A program made the position numbers and the translations under genes. The notes beneath the pieces are model-generated. The model made no database searches, was not told the origin of the DNA, and saw only the letters and a list, made by a program, of their open reading frames with translations. DNA of 64,000 bases from Octopus sinensis. Lineage: Eukaryota. The DNA is taken from NCBI RefSeq assembly GCF_006345805.1, contig NC_043006.1, positions 16,926,001 through 16,990,000 of the forward strand, written 5' to 3'. This document shows positions 12,253-24,633 of this stretch, piece after piece (position 1 is the first letter of the stretch; each line of letters opens with the position of its first letter).

Positions 12253-12425
12253 CCCCTTAGCATTCAGATCTCTCAGTCAAATGTAATATTTATTCACATT
12301 GTTTTGAATTAATCATGCACATTCTTGTACATTTGAGATTTCGATGATGTGATTGCTTATTTTTAGAATGGCATTTGTAAGGTAGGTGTGTGAGGCTGAA
12401 TCTGGCCAGTTTAAATGCTATTGGG
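12253..12425. mobile_element. piggyBac-type MITE (second family; a relative lies at 23422-23631)
   Basis: CCCCTTAGCATT…AATGCTATTGGG|TTAA. Confidence 0.6.
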
Positions 12426-13160
12426 TTAAGTGTTTATATATTTTGAAATTATTTAAATTGAAAGGATGAAAAAAAAATCATTCCCTTTAAAATTGCTGGC
12501 TTTGTGCCTAAATCAGAAACCATTATTATTACAAAGGCAGAGAGCAGTTGATTGATGGAATCATTAAAGTTTCAGACAAAAAAAAACCTTGTGGTATTTG
12601 TTCCACAAAAATACCTTGTAGTATATGTTCCAGCTTTTCACATTCTGAGTTCAAATCCTGCTGGAGGTCACTTATGCCTTTCATCCTTCCAGAATCAATA
12701 AAGTGAAAGTTTACTTGACTCATCCCTCATACTCAAATTACTGGCCTTATACCTATACATCATCATCATCATCATCGTTTAACGTCCGTTCTCCATGCTA
12801 GCATGGGTTGGACGGTTCGACCGGGGATCTGGGAAGCCAGAAGGCTGCACCAGGCTCCGGTCTTATCTGGCAATGTTTCTACAGCTGGATGCCCTTCCTA
12901 ACGCCAACCACTCCGCGAGTGTAGTGGGTGCTTTTTACGTGCCCCCTGCACTGGAGCCAGGCAAGGCTGGCATCGGCCACGGTCGCATTGGTGCATTTTA
13001 CGTGCCACCTGCACGGAAACCAGTCGAGGCGGCACTGGCTTCGGCCACGATTCGGATGGTGCTTTTTACGTGTCTCCAGTAAAAAGCACATATAATAAAT
13101 TATCACAAGGGTAATGGATGGCTGAATTGGTTGATATCAAACAAAATGCATTGCCCTATT

Positions 13161-13548
13161 TATTCTTTTACTTGTTTCAGTCATTTGACTGTGGCCATGC
13201 TGGAGCACCGCCTTTAGTCGAGCAAATCGACCCCAGGACTTATTCTTTGTAAGCCTAGTACTTATTATGTCAGTCTTTTTTGCTGAACCACTAAGTTACG
13301 GGGACGTAACGCACCAGCATCGTTGTCAAGTGATGTTGGGGGACAAACAACATATACACACACACACATATATATATACACATATATACAATGGGCTTCT
13401 TTCGGTTTCCGTCTACCAAATCCACTCACAAGGCTTTGGTCGACCCGAGGCTATAGTAGAAGACACTTGCCCAAGGTGCCACACAGTAGGACTGAACCCG
13501 GAACTATGTGGTTGGTAAGCAAGTTACTTGCCATACAGCCTTATGTCC
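13161..13548 (-). mobile_element. tRNA-derived SINE, ggcgcaggagtggctgtgtgg family
   Basis: Reverse complement of the 37914-38320 type copy. Confidence 0.75.
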
Positions 13549-13858
13549 TAAGTTGAAATTCTACCTTAAATTGATTTCTGAGGTGGACAAAATTAGCAGC
13601 AATCAAGTACTAAGGTTGATTTACCAATTGTTCAGTTTCTGAAATTTGCGGCTGGCATCTATGTTGGAAATCATTTTTACTGTGACTAAAGACAGTTCAT
13701 TAGCAAAACTGGTAGACAAAATGCTTTGCAGTATTTGGCCAGACCACTCTTTATGCTCTGAATTACATACAGGTCACATACAGACATATGAACATATTTA
13801 TATACACAAAACATACAAATTCACATACACAATGGCTGGTACGACTGGAAACATACAT

Positions 13859-13990
13859 GCACACATATACATTCATGTCCACATAGATGCACACATATAC
13901 ATTCATGTCCACATACATGCACACATATACATTCATGTCCACATAGATGCACACATATACATTCATGTCCACATACATGCACAGATATAC
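13859..13990. repeat. 30-bp minisatellite (gcacacatatacattcatgtccacata[g/c]at), about 4.5 copies
   Basis: Direct periodicity; it explains the His/Ile-repeat ORFs in the track. Confidence 0.85.
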
Positions 13991-14597
13991 ACCCTACATA
14001 CATACATGCATGAAAACATGTACAAACATACATACTTACACGCATACATATATGTTCATCTACTTGATGTTGAAACTCTAATGAATAACCTCGTGCCTGG
14101 GTTGGAAACCAATTCTTTAGAATTTAAAAAAAAAAACACAGAACATAAATATAAATTTGATTCCATCAAATGACATTGATTTTAGATTTTAATTCAATAT
14201 TTCAGCATGCCATCCTCTCTTTGCCTTGCTTGCTTGAACCCAGATAACTGATTCACTTTTCTTTCTCTTTAGGCAATTCAACAATCATTACCATCAAATA
14301 TTGATTTCTTTCCTAAGCACAAAGGATGCAGATAACCAAGCTGATACAATCAACCAAGTGGTCAACAGTTCCTACCTTGTCATTGAAACTGCACTGGGCA
14401 TGTGACTAAGACATTCTAGTAAGTTGTAAGTAAAGAGGCATTTCAGGACAGGAACAACTAACCAATATAAACAGTGGAAGCATAGTAAATTTGATGAATG
14501 TTTCCTCAGTTTGTTGGGCTGGCTTCAACTCTTTTTGTAGATATAACTGAGAGAGAAATGATCTTTGACAGTTTGATTTGTTCATAGCATACCACCA

Positions 14598-15663
14598 CAA
14601 GGTGGTATCAAAATGTTCCCAAACTAGTTCTGTAGCACACCAACAGATGGCAGCACACAGTTGCATGCACAGTGAGGGATAGCAGTAACCTTCATGAGGC
14701 AGTGTGCAAAGTGACATTGCTGTGTTTACTTTACAAGTCATGAAATTTGTGTTTTTGTGATCAGTTTATACTGTAATCTGTGATTTTGTCATTGACAGGA
14801 TGAAAGAACCAACATGAAATTTTGCATTAAAGTTGGGAAGTCTGCTACAGAGACATTGAGCATACTTCGACAATCTTACAGTGACAAGGTAATGGGTTTT
14901 ATGCAATGTTTCAAGTGATATGAGTGCTTCAAAAGAGGAAGAACATCCCTGGAAGACAATGACCAATCTGGAAGACCTGTCACAAGCGTCACCCCTGGAA
15001 ATTTGGTATTATGCATTGAGAATTCGTCACCCATTGCCAGACTGCCACTTGAGAGTTCTACTGTAACATTTTGAAGCATTTGAGGGAGAACATCTGGCAA
15101 AAGCAACCTGATCTGTGGAGTGCGAAGAATTGGATTCTTCACAACAACAATGCACCGTCACTGAACTCTCCTCACTCATGAATTTCTTGCCAAAAACAAC
15201 ATGGTATTGCTCCCAGACCTGCCCTACTTGCCAGATTTACCACCTACAGATTTCTATCTCATCCCAAGATGAAAATGCAGCTCAGAGGTCGCCATTTTAA
15301 CACCATTGTCGAGATCCAGAGCAAATCACAGAAGGTCCTCGACTTGCTAACAAAAACGACTTTCAGGCCAGATTCCAAAAGTGGCAGGAACACTGGGACC
15401 AGTATATTGCTGTGCAAGGTGACTATTTCAAAGGAGATGATGTTAAAACTTCGGTAAATAATTTATTGTGTCTGGGGAGAGTCATTTTCTTTTTGTGCCT
15501 TATTATGTAACACACTCACCGGTAAAATTTCCATGTTTTTCTTATTTTTATTTTCCTAAAATTTTCGTTGTGTCTTGCAACCTTTTCAATTGTTTTGACT
15601 CTTAGGTAAATAAGTTATTTTTTATTAAACATAACTAGTCTGGGAACTTTTTGATACCCCTTG
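14598..15663 (+). mobile_element. Internally deleted, decayed mariner transposon
   Basis: TIRs caaggtggtatcaaaatgttccc and gggaactttttgataccccttg|TA. Transposase remnants: KFCIKVGKSATET…GRTSLED…SGRP, and KMKMQLRGRHF…QKWQEHWDQYIAVQGDYF. Confidence 0.85.
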
Positions 15664-16586
15664 TATATTGTTTGTACAATGCTCACACAGGTACAACACC
15701 TTAAATTCACAAGATATGATAAATGGCACATTGCTACATTTATGTATCTCCTATCAATATTAACATCAACAATAAGATGATGAGCTGGTAGAATTGTTAA
15801 CATGCCGGTCTAAATGCTTAGTGGCATTTTATCCATCCCTACATTCTGACCTCAAATTCTACCAAGGTCGATTTCGCCTTTCATCCTTTCAGAGTTGATA
15901 AAATAAGCACCAGTTAAGCACTGGAGTCAATGTAATGGACTTACATTCTCCCTCAAAATTACTGGCTTTGTGCCAAAATTTGAAACCAGTATTAACATAA
16001 GCAATAAAGTAAAATGTTTTCAACTGATAATAAAAAAACCTGATTCTGCAAATCTAGCATAGAACTTGCAGTTTTGCTATTTCTGTTGTTACATTACATG
16101 TGAAAACTGGTTGATAATTGTTTAATCCCCAGATCAGCTAGCCCTGAATGAGCATTCAGCCCTGATTCTTACATAGATGCTCATATGTGCAAAGAGATAA
16201 GAGAAGTCAAAAAGCTGCTACAAGGAAATGTAGCAGATTCAGCTACTCATAACCTAATCATTATGCATTATAAAATGCATTATAGGCACAGGTATGGCTT
16301 GTGGTAAGAAAAGCTTACTTCACAATCTTGTAGTTTCAAGTTTGGTCCACTGCTTGACATCTTGGGGAAGTGTCTTCTTTTATACACCTGGACCAACCAA
16401 AGCACCGTAAGTAGATTTGTGTGTACGAAGGTATGTATTAGCATTATGTATATATGTATGTATGTATAAAATCATAATTATCTTTTAATAGCTATGTTCC
16501 AAGATGATGATGATGATGATCGTTAATGATGATGGCAATATATATATGTGTGAGCACATGCATGTATGATGATTGTAAATAAGCAT

Positions 16587-16808
16587 CTATTTCTTTACTA
16601 CCCACAAGGGGCTAAACACAGAAGGGACAAACAAGTACAGACAAACGGATTAAGTCGATTACATCGACTCCAGTGTGTAACTGGTACTTATTTAATCGAC
16701 CCCGAAAGGATGAAAGACAAAGTCGACCTCGGCGGAATTTGAACTCAGAACGTAGCGGCAGACGAAATACTGCTAAGCATTTCACCCGGCGTGCTAACGT
16801 TTCTGCCA
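16587..16808 (-). mobile_element. Monomeric copy of the SINE family that is pentameric at 8.9 kb
   Basis: Reverse complement of the same unit plus its 3' tail. Confidence 0.8.
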
Positions 16809-17426
16809 AAGCATCACCATCATACAAGCAATGTCATTCATGTCCAGTCTTTCATGAGAAACACGCCTGACAATGAGGAAATATTAGCTTGCTTGGAAGC
16901 AGGAAAGTCTGCTTCAACAAATTCTGTCTGACCCATGCGAGTGTGGAAAAGTGGACATTAAAACAATGATGATGATGATGATGATGACAACGACAATGAC
17001 AACACTCGTGCAGTTAAATTAGTTTTTATATCACATATCAGCAGTCATAAAATTGTTGATTGGACACCCTAACTGTGAGCTAAGCAACTGGCTTTAGATC
17101 AATTAATTATAAAATTGTCTTTGTGCTGGAGTCAAAACAGACAGAAAGAATTGGAGTAAAATGTTCGTTTATAGTTTTAAATGTCAAAGTAATAAAATGT
17201 TCAGACTGCAGTGTCTCGTTTAAAAACAACATGAGTAATCCTCATTTAATGATTTCGGTGCAGCTTTGTTGCTGATTTTAGCAACATATATTCATCATTA
17301 TCTCTGCCTTTCTCTCTTATTCTCTTACTTTATCTTGCCCTCCTTTTCTACCTCTCCTGAGTCAATCACTTTCTCTCAATAGGTGTGTGCATGTGTACAT
17401 ATGTGCATGTGCACGCACTCATACAC

Positions 17427-17504
17427 TCCAAAAAATTTCCATCGTCAATTGATGATTTAAGACCATAATGATTTTGGGGATCTTCAAAGCCCATATTCCT
17501 TCGT
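17427..17504 (-). CDS. Candidate exon (RRNMGFEDPQNHYGLKSSIDDGNFL)
   Basis: Open frame, phase 2 to 2. The acceptor (tggtgcag) and donor (gtgtat, alternatively gtatga) are weak. Confidence 0.3.
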
Positions 17505-17770
17505 CTGCACCAAGCAGTATGATTATCATTATCATAATCACCATTTAATGCCCATGTCCTGTCTGGCATGAGTTGGACAGTTTGACAAGATCCAGTGAGT
17601 TCAAGGACTTCATCACACTCCCCTATCCACTTTGGCACGGTTTCTACAGCTGGATGCCCTTCCCAATACTAACCACTTTACAGAGTGTACTGGGTGCCCT
17701 TTTCAATGCAACAGCACTAGTTAGATTGTAGGAGACAAGCATTTATGCATTCTTTTACATCATCAGTTAC

Positions 17771-17795
17771 AAACACCAAATATGCTTTTCACAGC
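17771..17795 (-). CDS. Candidate 25-nt exon (GCEKHIWC)
   Basis: Acceptor ttcattctcttcag, donor TT|gtaact. Phase 1 to 2. Confidence 0.4.
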
Positions 17796-18233
17796 CTGAA
17801 GAGAATGAACTTCTTCCTATATTAAGAGTAGCAAATAGTATATTTGCTGATGTACATGTAGTTTGATCAAGCTAGAATTAAATAAATTTGCATGGAGCAC
17901 AACTGAATAAAATATATAATATGTAAAGCCTTATTTAACATGTTGAAATACACTTTAATGTGGGCTTTTTCTGCAGAAATAATCTTGTGGAAAAAATTCT
18001 CCTCCAAGATGATATGAAAACACAGGCTTTGAACGTGTGTACTAGAATGTCTTAAATATGAATTTGTTTAAGTGTATGTACATATATACAAAACATAGAA
18101 GCAAAGTGTTTTATAAAATATAACACAATATTATTTGCTAGAGCTAGTGCTCTATTCTCCTCATCATATAAGTATTCATAATGAAAATTTTTTCACACTT
18201 TCATTAAATACATGAACACTAACTTATCTAATA

Positions 18234-18625
18234 CTAGCAGTATCGCCTGGCGTTGCTCGGGTTTATTTCAACCCTTTAGAATTGAATTTTTGAAAAGTAA
18301 AAATTTTGCATTATGTAGCTTGCTATTCTCTTTAAGTGAACATTTTTCTGGTTGAAATACACCAAAAAATGGCGACACAGCAGTCAAAAAATCGTAAAAA
18401 AATAGGGATTTTCATAGAAAAAAAGCACCTTTTTGATGTAAATAATTTTTGATGTTAACATGGTCCGATTTGAATTTTTTCTTCTACGGAATGAAGAGCA
18501 AGCCTTCTTCTATCATACTCTCAATTTTGGTCAACTTGCGCCGCAGAGTCTCAGAGGAGATAGTGTTAGTTGAAGGCTACCAAACCTGCCATACACAGAC
18601 AACTTCAGCTTTATATATAGAGAGA
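18234..18625 (-). mobile_element. Non-autonomous Helitron (different internal sequence)
   Basis: Same CTAG/hairpin 3' end (actagcagtatcgcctggcgttgctcggg) and TC 5' end. Confidence 0.7.
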
Positions 18626-19159
18626 TTTCATACTGATAGCATGTCTGTGCAGTTTTATTTTAGTGGTTTACAGATTTATTTTAAATATGCTATTGAACCA
18701 GCCAGGATCCCTGGTCTGGTGGTACGTAAAAAGCACTATCCGACTCGTGGCCGATGCCAGCACCCCCTCGTTTGGCTTCCGTGCAGGTGGCACATAAAAT
18801 ACACCAATCCGACCGTGGCCGTTGCCAGCCTCGCCTGGCACCTGTGCAGGTGGCACGTAAAAAGCACCCACTACACTCACGAAGTGGTTGGCGTTAGGAA
18901 GGGCATCCAGCTGTAGAAACACTGCCAGATAAGACTGGAGCCTGGTGCAGCCTTCTGGCTTTCCAGATCCCCGGTCGAACCGTCCAACCCATGCTAGCAT
19001 GGAAAGCGGACATTAAACGATGATGATGATGATGATGATGCTAATTTTCCATACCTACTCCTGAACAGTATTGTACATTAACTTGTTAATTCTCCCATCA
19101 CTAATTTGGCAGGTTGAGATGAACTTTAGACATATCTGGATTTATTCTCCCATACTTAC

Positions 19160-19194
19160 CGAAATGGTTAACATAATATTTATTAATTACTGAT
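19160..19194 (-). CDS. Candidate small exon (SVINKYYVNHF)
   Basis: Strong donor TCG|gtaagt but weak acceptor (alternative start at 19189). Phase fits the chain. Confidence 0.3.
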
Positions 19195-19780
19195 CTAATG
19201 TCTTTTCCTCACCTCATTAGTACTTCTCAACACAGTTTTGATGCCTACTACATTAAATATGTTAAAATTAATTTAGTTATTATGAGTAAAGCCAAACTAA
19301 ATAAGTATGTTCATCAATACTCTACTTACACAAATAAGATGATCCCTTTTTTTTTAACCTTTCCTAATTAAATGTATCCATCAATGGATGATTTTTGCTT
19401 GCCTTTCTTAATCAGAAAAATCTAGTACAAGAAATTTTTATTGACAAACCAGCAAAAATTTTCATGAATTCTCATAGTTTGGAATTTAACATATACTTTA
19501 TGTTTCTATATACATAGGCAGAGTGGCTGTGTGGTAAGTAGCTTGCTTACCAACAACATGGTTCTGGGTTCAGTCCCACTGTATGGCACCTTGGGCAAGT
19601 GTCTTCTGCTATAGCCTCAGGCCAACCAAAACCTTGTGAGTCAATTTGGTAGACAGAACCTGAAAGAAGCCCATCATATATATATATATATATATGTAGG
19701 TCCCGGGTTGAGTCGGGGTTAACCACAGTAAATAAGGTACTTAATACATAGCAGAGTAAATTAATTTATTATATAGAAGG

Positions 19781-19831
19781 AGCTTCTACAGGACTAGAAC
19801 TGTTTCATTCAAAAGAAATCATCAGGAAGCT
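19781..19831 (-). ncRNA. Type I hammerhead ribozyme, inverted twin of 21827-21877
   Basis: Reverse complement of the same 51-nt motif. Confidence 0.8.
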
Positions 19832-20052
19832 AGTAGACAAGAGTTGTTTTGGCATTTATACATTTAGGCAGGTTTAAATGGGTGGTGGTGGGGGACTTTT
19901 TGTGGGGTAGGCATGGCGCAAAACTATCATTATTAGGGGAGTGGTCAAAGGAATCGGTGGTAAAGTAGATAAAAGAATAAATAAAAGAATAAAAGAATAA
20001 ATAGAAAAATAGAGTTTTAGGTAAGTAAGGAGACTCTCACTTGTACATCTAC

Positions 20053-20096
<44 letters not shown>

Positions 20097-21557
20097 CCAT
20101 ATATTCACATATATCTATATATATACATACATACACACATGCACATACATATACATATATATATACATATATATACACATACCCATGTACATACACACAA
20201 ATACACATATACATACATATACATATATGTATACACACTCGCACATATATATACATACGCACATATACACATGCATATACATGCACACACATACACATGC
20301 ATATACATGCACACACATACACACACATCTTTTTATTCCCTTATTTTAATTTTATTATTACTTTTGTTTATATCTTTATTTTTATCTTGACCTCGGTCAG
20401 CCATTCTCAAGGGATGGTCTAAAGAGTCCATTTATCTATCTACTCACTGATACGAACGCAAACACTCACTCACGCCCACACACTCACACGTACACTCATA
20501 CCCATACACACACGCACGTGTTATATTCATACATACATACATCTACATACATTCACGTATATTCACATACGTACACGTACCTACTGATTCATATCTACAC
20601 GCATACACATACATACCTCAATACACCCACAGAAGACTAGTCCATACATATACACTAATAAATATATATACACATACATACACATACATACATATACATA
20701 TATCTATACATATATATACATATACATACACATATACATTCATACATATATACACATACACACATATATATATATGTGCGTACACATACACACACACACG
20801 CGCATCTATATATACACATAAGTACTTATGTGTATATATAGATGCGCGCGTGTGTGTGTGTGTATGTGTACGCACATATATATATATGTGTGTATGTGTA
20901 TATATGTATGAATGTATATGTGTATGTATATGTATATATATGTATAGATATATGTATATGTATGTATGTGTGTATATGTGTATATATATTTATTAGTGTA
21001 TATGTATGGACTAGTCTTCTGTGGGTGTATTGAGGTATGTATGTGTATGCGTGTAGATATGAATCAGTAGGTACGTGTACGTATGTGAATATACGTGAAT
21101 GTATGTAGATGTATGTATGTATGAATATGACACGTGCGTGTGTGTATGGGTGTGAGTGTACGTGTGAGTGTGTGGGCGTGAGTGAGTGTTTGCGTTCGTA
21201 TCAGTGAGTAGATAGATAAATGGACTCTTTAGACCATCCCTTGAGAATAGCTGACCGAGGTCAAGATAAAAATAAAGATATAAACAAAAGTAATAATAAA
21301 ATTAAAATAAGGGAATAAAAAGATGTGTGTGTATGTGTGTGCATGTATATGCATGTGTATATGTGCGTATGTATATATATGTGCGAGTGTGTATACATAT
21401 ATGTATATGTATGTATATGTGTATTTGTGTGTATGTACATGGGTATGTGTATATATATGTATATATATGTATATATATATGTATATGTATGTATATATAT
21501 ATGTATGTGCATGTGTGTATGTATGTATATATATAGATATATGTGAATATATGGGTG

Positions 21558-21605
<48 letters not shown>

Positions 21606-21826
21606 GTAGATGTACAAGTGAGAGTCTCCTTACTTACCTAAAACTCTATTTTTCTATTTATTCTTTTATTCTTTTATTTATTCTTTTATCTACTTTACCA
21701 CCGATTCCTTTGACCACTCCCCTAATAATGATAGTTTTGCACCATGCCTACCCCCAAAAAAGTCCCCCACCACCACCCATTTAAACCTGCCTAAATGTAT
21801 AAATGCCAAAACAACTCTTGTCTACT

Positions 21827-21877
21827 AGCTTCCTGATGATTTCTTTTGAATGAAACAGTTCTAGTCCTGTAGAAGCT
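21827..21877 (+). ncRNA. Type I hammerhead ribozyme (Penelope/retrozyme-like)
   Basis: agcttc-CTGATGA-t-ttc-tttt-gaa-t-GAA-acag-ttctagtc-ctgt-A-gaagct. Stems I, II and III all form, the core is CUGAUGA/GAAA, and the cleavage triplet is GUA. The 10.1:11.1 position is U-U. Confidence 0.8.
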
Positions 21878-21887
21878 CCTTCTATAT

Positions 21888-21943
<56 letters not shown>

Positions 21944-23421
21944 CATGTATATGTTTGTGTGTCTGTGTTTGTCCCTCCTCCCACTATCATTTGACAACCG
22001 ATGTTGGTATGTTATGTCCCCATAACTTAGTGATTCGGCTAAAGGGACCAATAGAATAAATACTAGGCTTTACAAGGACTAAGTCCTGGGGTTGATTCAT
22101 TCGACTAAAGGTGGTGCTCCAGCATGACCGCAGTCAAATGACTGAAAGCAGTAAAAGAATAAAAGAACAACTGGCACTCTGTCAGTTACAACAACAAGGG
22201 TTCCAGTCGATCCGATCAACAGAACAGTCTACTGGTGAAATTAACGTGAAAGTGGCTGAGTACTCCACAGATACACACATAACAAGGGGCACTGCATACA
22301 CTACAATAACACAATGTATCAAGCACTTAAATTTTTACACATGTAAACCCATGCGACATACATACAGTATATTCGTTTAGTGAAGATTACATTACTATGA
22401 CAATACAAATCCATCAGGTAATTAATTATTATAGAGTGAATACTACACAGCAGGCAACTCAGGTATCAAAAACTAAAAGAATACTCGTCTAGACCATCTT
22501 TCTACATTTTATTATCACCATATTCGGATAATCAATTGTTTTAAGAGTTGATAAAAGTAAACCCTTCCTCCACAAAAAGAGGAAAAAAAACGTTTTTCCC
22601 ATTGTTCACTGATGATTTCCAACCCCCTCTCTCTCCTTCCCTTTCATTCTTTAGCCTAAGAGGATTTCAGATAATTAGTCTTATCAAAGTCAATTGCAGA
22701 GTTTTCATTGTTAATAATAAATGAATTAGCTTCAAGGTTTTTTTTTTCATATTTGTTCGTTATTGGCTATGCAATATTTTTCAGCCAATAAGGCTGAACA
22801 CACACACACACACACACACACACAGATATGGTTGGGGAATCATGAGCATGCATAAGTTGCTATATAAAGAAGAACAAAATATAAGGCAAATTAGAATAAT
22901 AGATCACCAATCAATCAATATTCAGCTCACACAATGGATATAACCTGTTCTAATCATCTCATCTATATCCTTCAATGGGTTTTTTTTTTTTAACTTTTCA
23001 TAATCAGACACATCCCTCAGTGGAGGATATGCTCGACTGGCAGCAACAGAACATATCTAAGTATATACATGGTAGTATATGAGCTCAGGAAAACAAACCA
23101 AAGAAATATTTAATCAATTTTACAGTCTCCTGGAAATATAGCCCAATTTCTCTCTCTCTCTCTCTTTCATTCACTCACTCACTCACACGTTCTGTTCTCA
23201 CTCACTCACTCACATGCTCTATTCTAAGTTCAAATGATGTTTCAGCAAGACTTTACTTTTATTTAGCCTAGGTTGGTGGTAGGCATTCAAATGGCACCAC
23301 TGATATTATTGAAGTTTGTTCACTTGGCTATGCTTCTTTCTTGTAAAACAGGTCTTGTTTATCATTGGACAAAACAGTAACAAGCTATGCCATATGGAAA
23401 TTTCTGAAAATCCTTGTTAAA

Positions 23422-23631
23422 CCCTTTAGTGTTCGCATTATTCTGCCAAAATTAATCCTTTTTTATCCACTTTGTTTTGAATTATCTTGTAGCTATGAGA
23501 TTTTGATGAGGTAGCTGTTAATTTTTAAAACGATATTGTAGGTTTGGTGTGAGAGACCAGATCTGGCAAGTTTGAACATAAAACACGCAGAATACTTTTG
23601 GCTGGATATGGCCAGTTTAAATGCTAAAGGG
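23422..23631. mobile_element. piggyBac-type MITE
   Basis: CCCTTTAGTGTT…AATGCTAAAGGG|TTAA. Confidence 0.7.
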
Positions 23632-23840
23632 TTAAGTGGACCACAGGTCTGTTCAGTTAGGGTTGGCATGGACTAAAGAAATTCATTGAAGATCCAAACA
23701 TTTTGATCATACATTTAGGATGTCTTTGATCACAGGTCTATGCAATTAGGGTTCATGTAGACTAAACAACAACATTCTCTTTCATACAGACATTCATTGA
23801 AAATCTATGGACACTAAATGATGGTGATGATGATGATGAT

Positions 23841-24330
23841 TCCAGAGCTGTCCTTGTTTGGCATCGAATCACCATCTGTGAGTTATCAGAGGATGTGCAG
23901 ATTAGTTATGGTTCAGTTCAGCCCATTATCACTGAAGATTTGGGTATGAGACACATGTATGTCAAGTTTATGCCAAAACTACTTTCAGATGACCAGAAAG
24001 ACACTCAGGTTTCAGTTGTACAAGATGATCTTGATTGTGTAGAGAATGTTGAAAACTTTATGAAAACTGTGTAGGCCTATGAGCTTTTGGCAAAATTTTA
24101 TGCAGATTCTCTGCTCAACTTTCTCTGTCATAATGAATGTGATGATTACACACTACACACCTTCCTTCCAAGCACTGCTGTAAACAGCAGAAGTGAGCTA
24201 GAACGTTGAAACTTAGTGCACATGCACAGCAGAATTCAAGGTCAATCTATGTCAAGCAGCTTCACTCTGCGTGCTTTAGCTTCGTAACGATGGAAACAGT
24301 CCGGATCCTTATTGATCTGATCACATATAT
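23841..24330 (+). mobile_element. mariner transposase fragment
   Basis: Translates to ELSEDVQISYGSVQPIITEDLGMRHMYVKFMPKLLSDDQK, the HTH/linker region with a WVP-like motif. Confidence 0.7.
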
Positions 24331-24571
24331 ATTTCATAGACTTCTACATAGCTCCTGCTCACCAATTCCACTCACAAGGGATCAGTTAGCCTGCAGCAAT
24401 AGAAGACACTAGCCCAAGGTCATACAGTCTCACACAGTGGGACAGAACCAAATGCAATAGGATAGAACATATACATATAACAAAATAAAGTAATTACTGT
24501 TATAAGAAACACCTGGTTATGAATGTTCTTAATTAGCTAAACAACTCTTCCACAATGTAATTGTTAGTTAC

Positions 24572-24633
24572 ATATTATAAGAGGAGAAATGTCGACATTT
24601 CTGAAGTTCTTGGTCTGTTCTTTCAATTTCTTC
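24572..24633 (-). CDS. Candidate exon (EEIERTDQELQKCRHFSSYN, or alternative frame KKLKEQTKNFRNVDISPLII)
   Basis: Acceptor tttgtttttgtaatgtag, donor AT|gtaact. 62 nt. Confidence 0.4.

Larger units (their letters stand above)
19697..21892. mobile_element. Inverted pair of a non-autonomous Penelope-like/retrozyme-like element forming a palindrome of about 2.1 kb
   Basis: Arms 19766-20823 and 20824-21892 are reverse complements with centre TAAGTACTTA and no spacer. There is a hammerhead near each outer end. The pair is inserted in the (TA)n tract of a SINE (head 19515-19690, tail 21945-22178). Confidence 0.7.

Noticed and set aside
20017-21617. Many Y/I/C/V/M/H-repeat ORFs in the track
   Set aside because: They are translations of (TA)n/(CA)n low-complexity sequence. 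The same applies to the ORFs at 13.7-14.0, 32.3-32.5, 38.7-39.0 and 59.7-60.0 kb.
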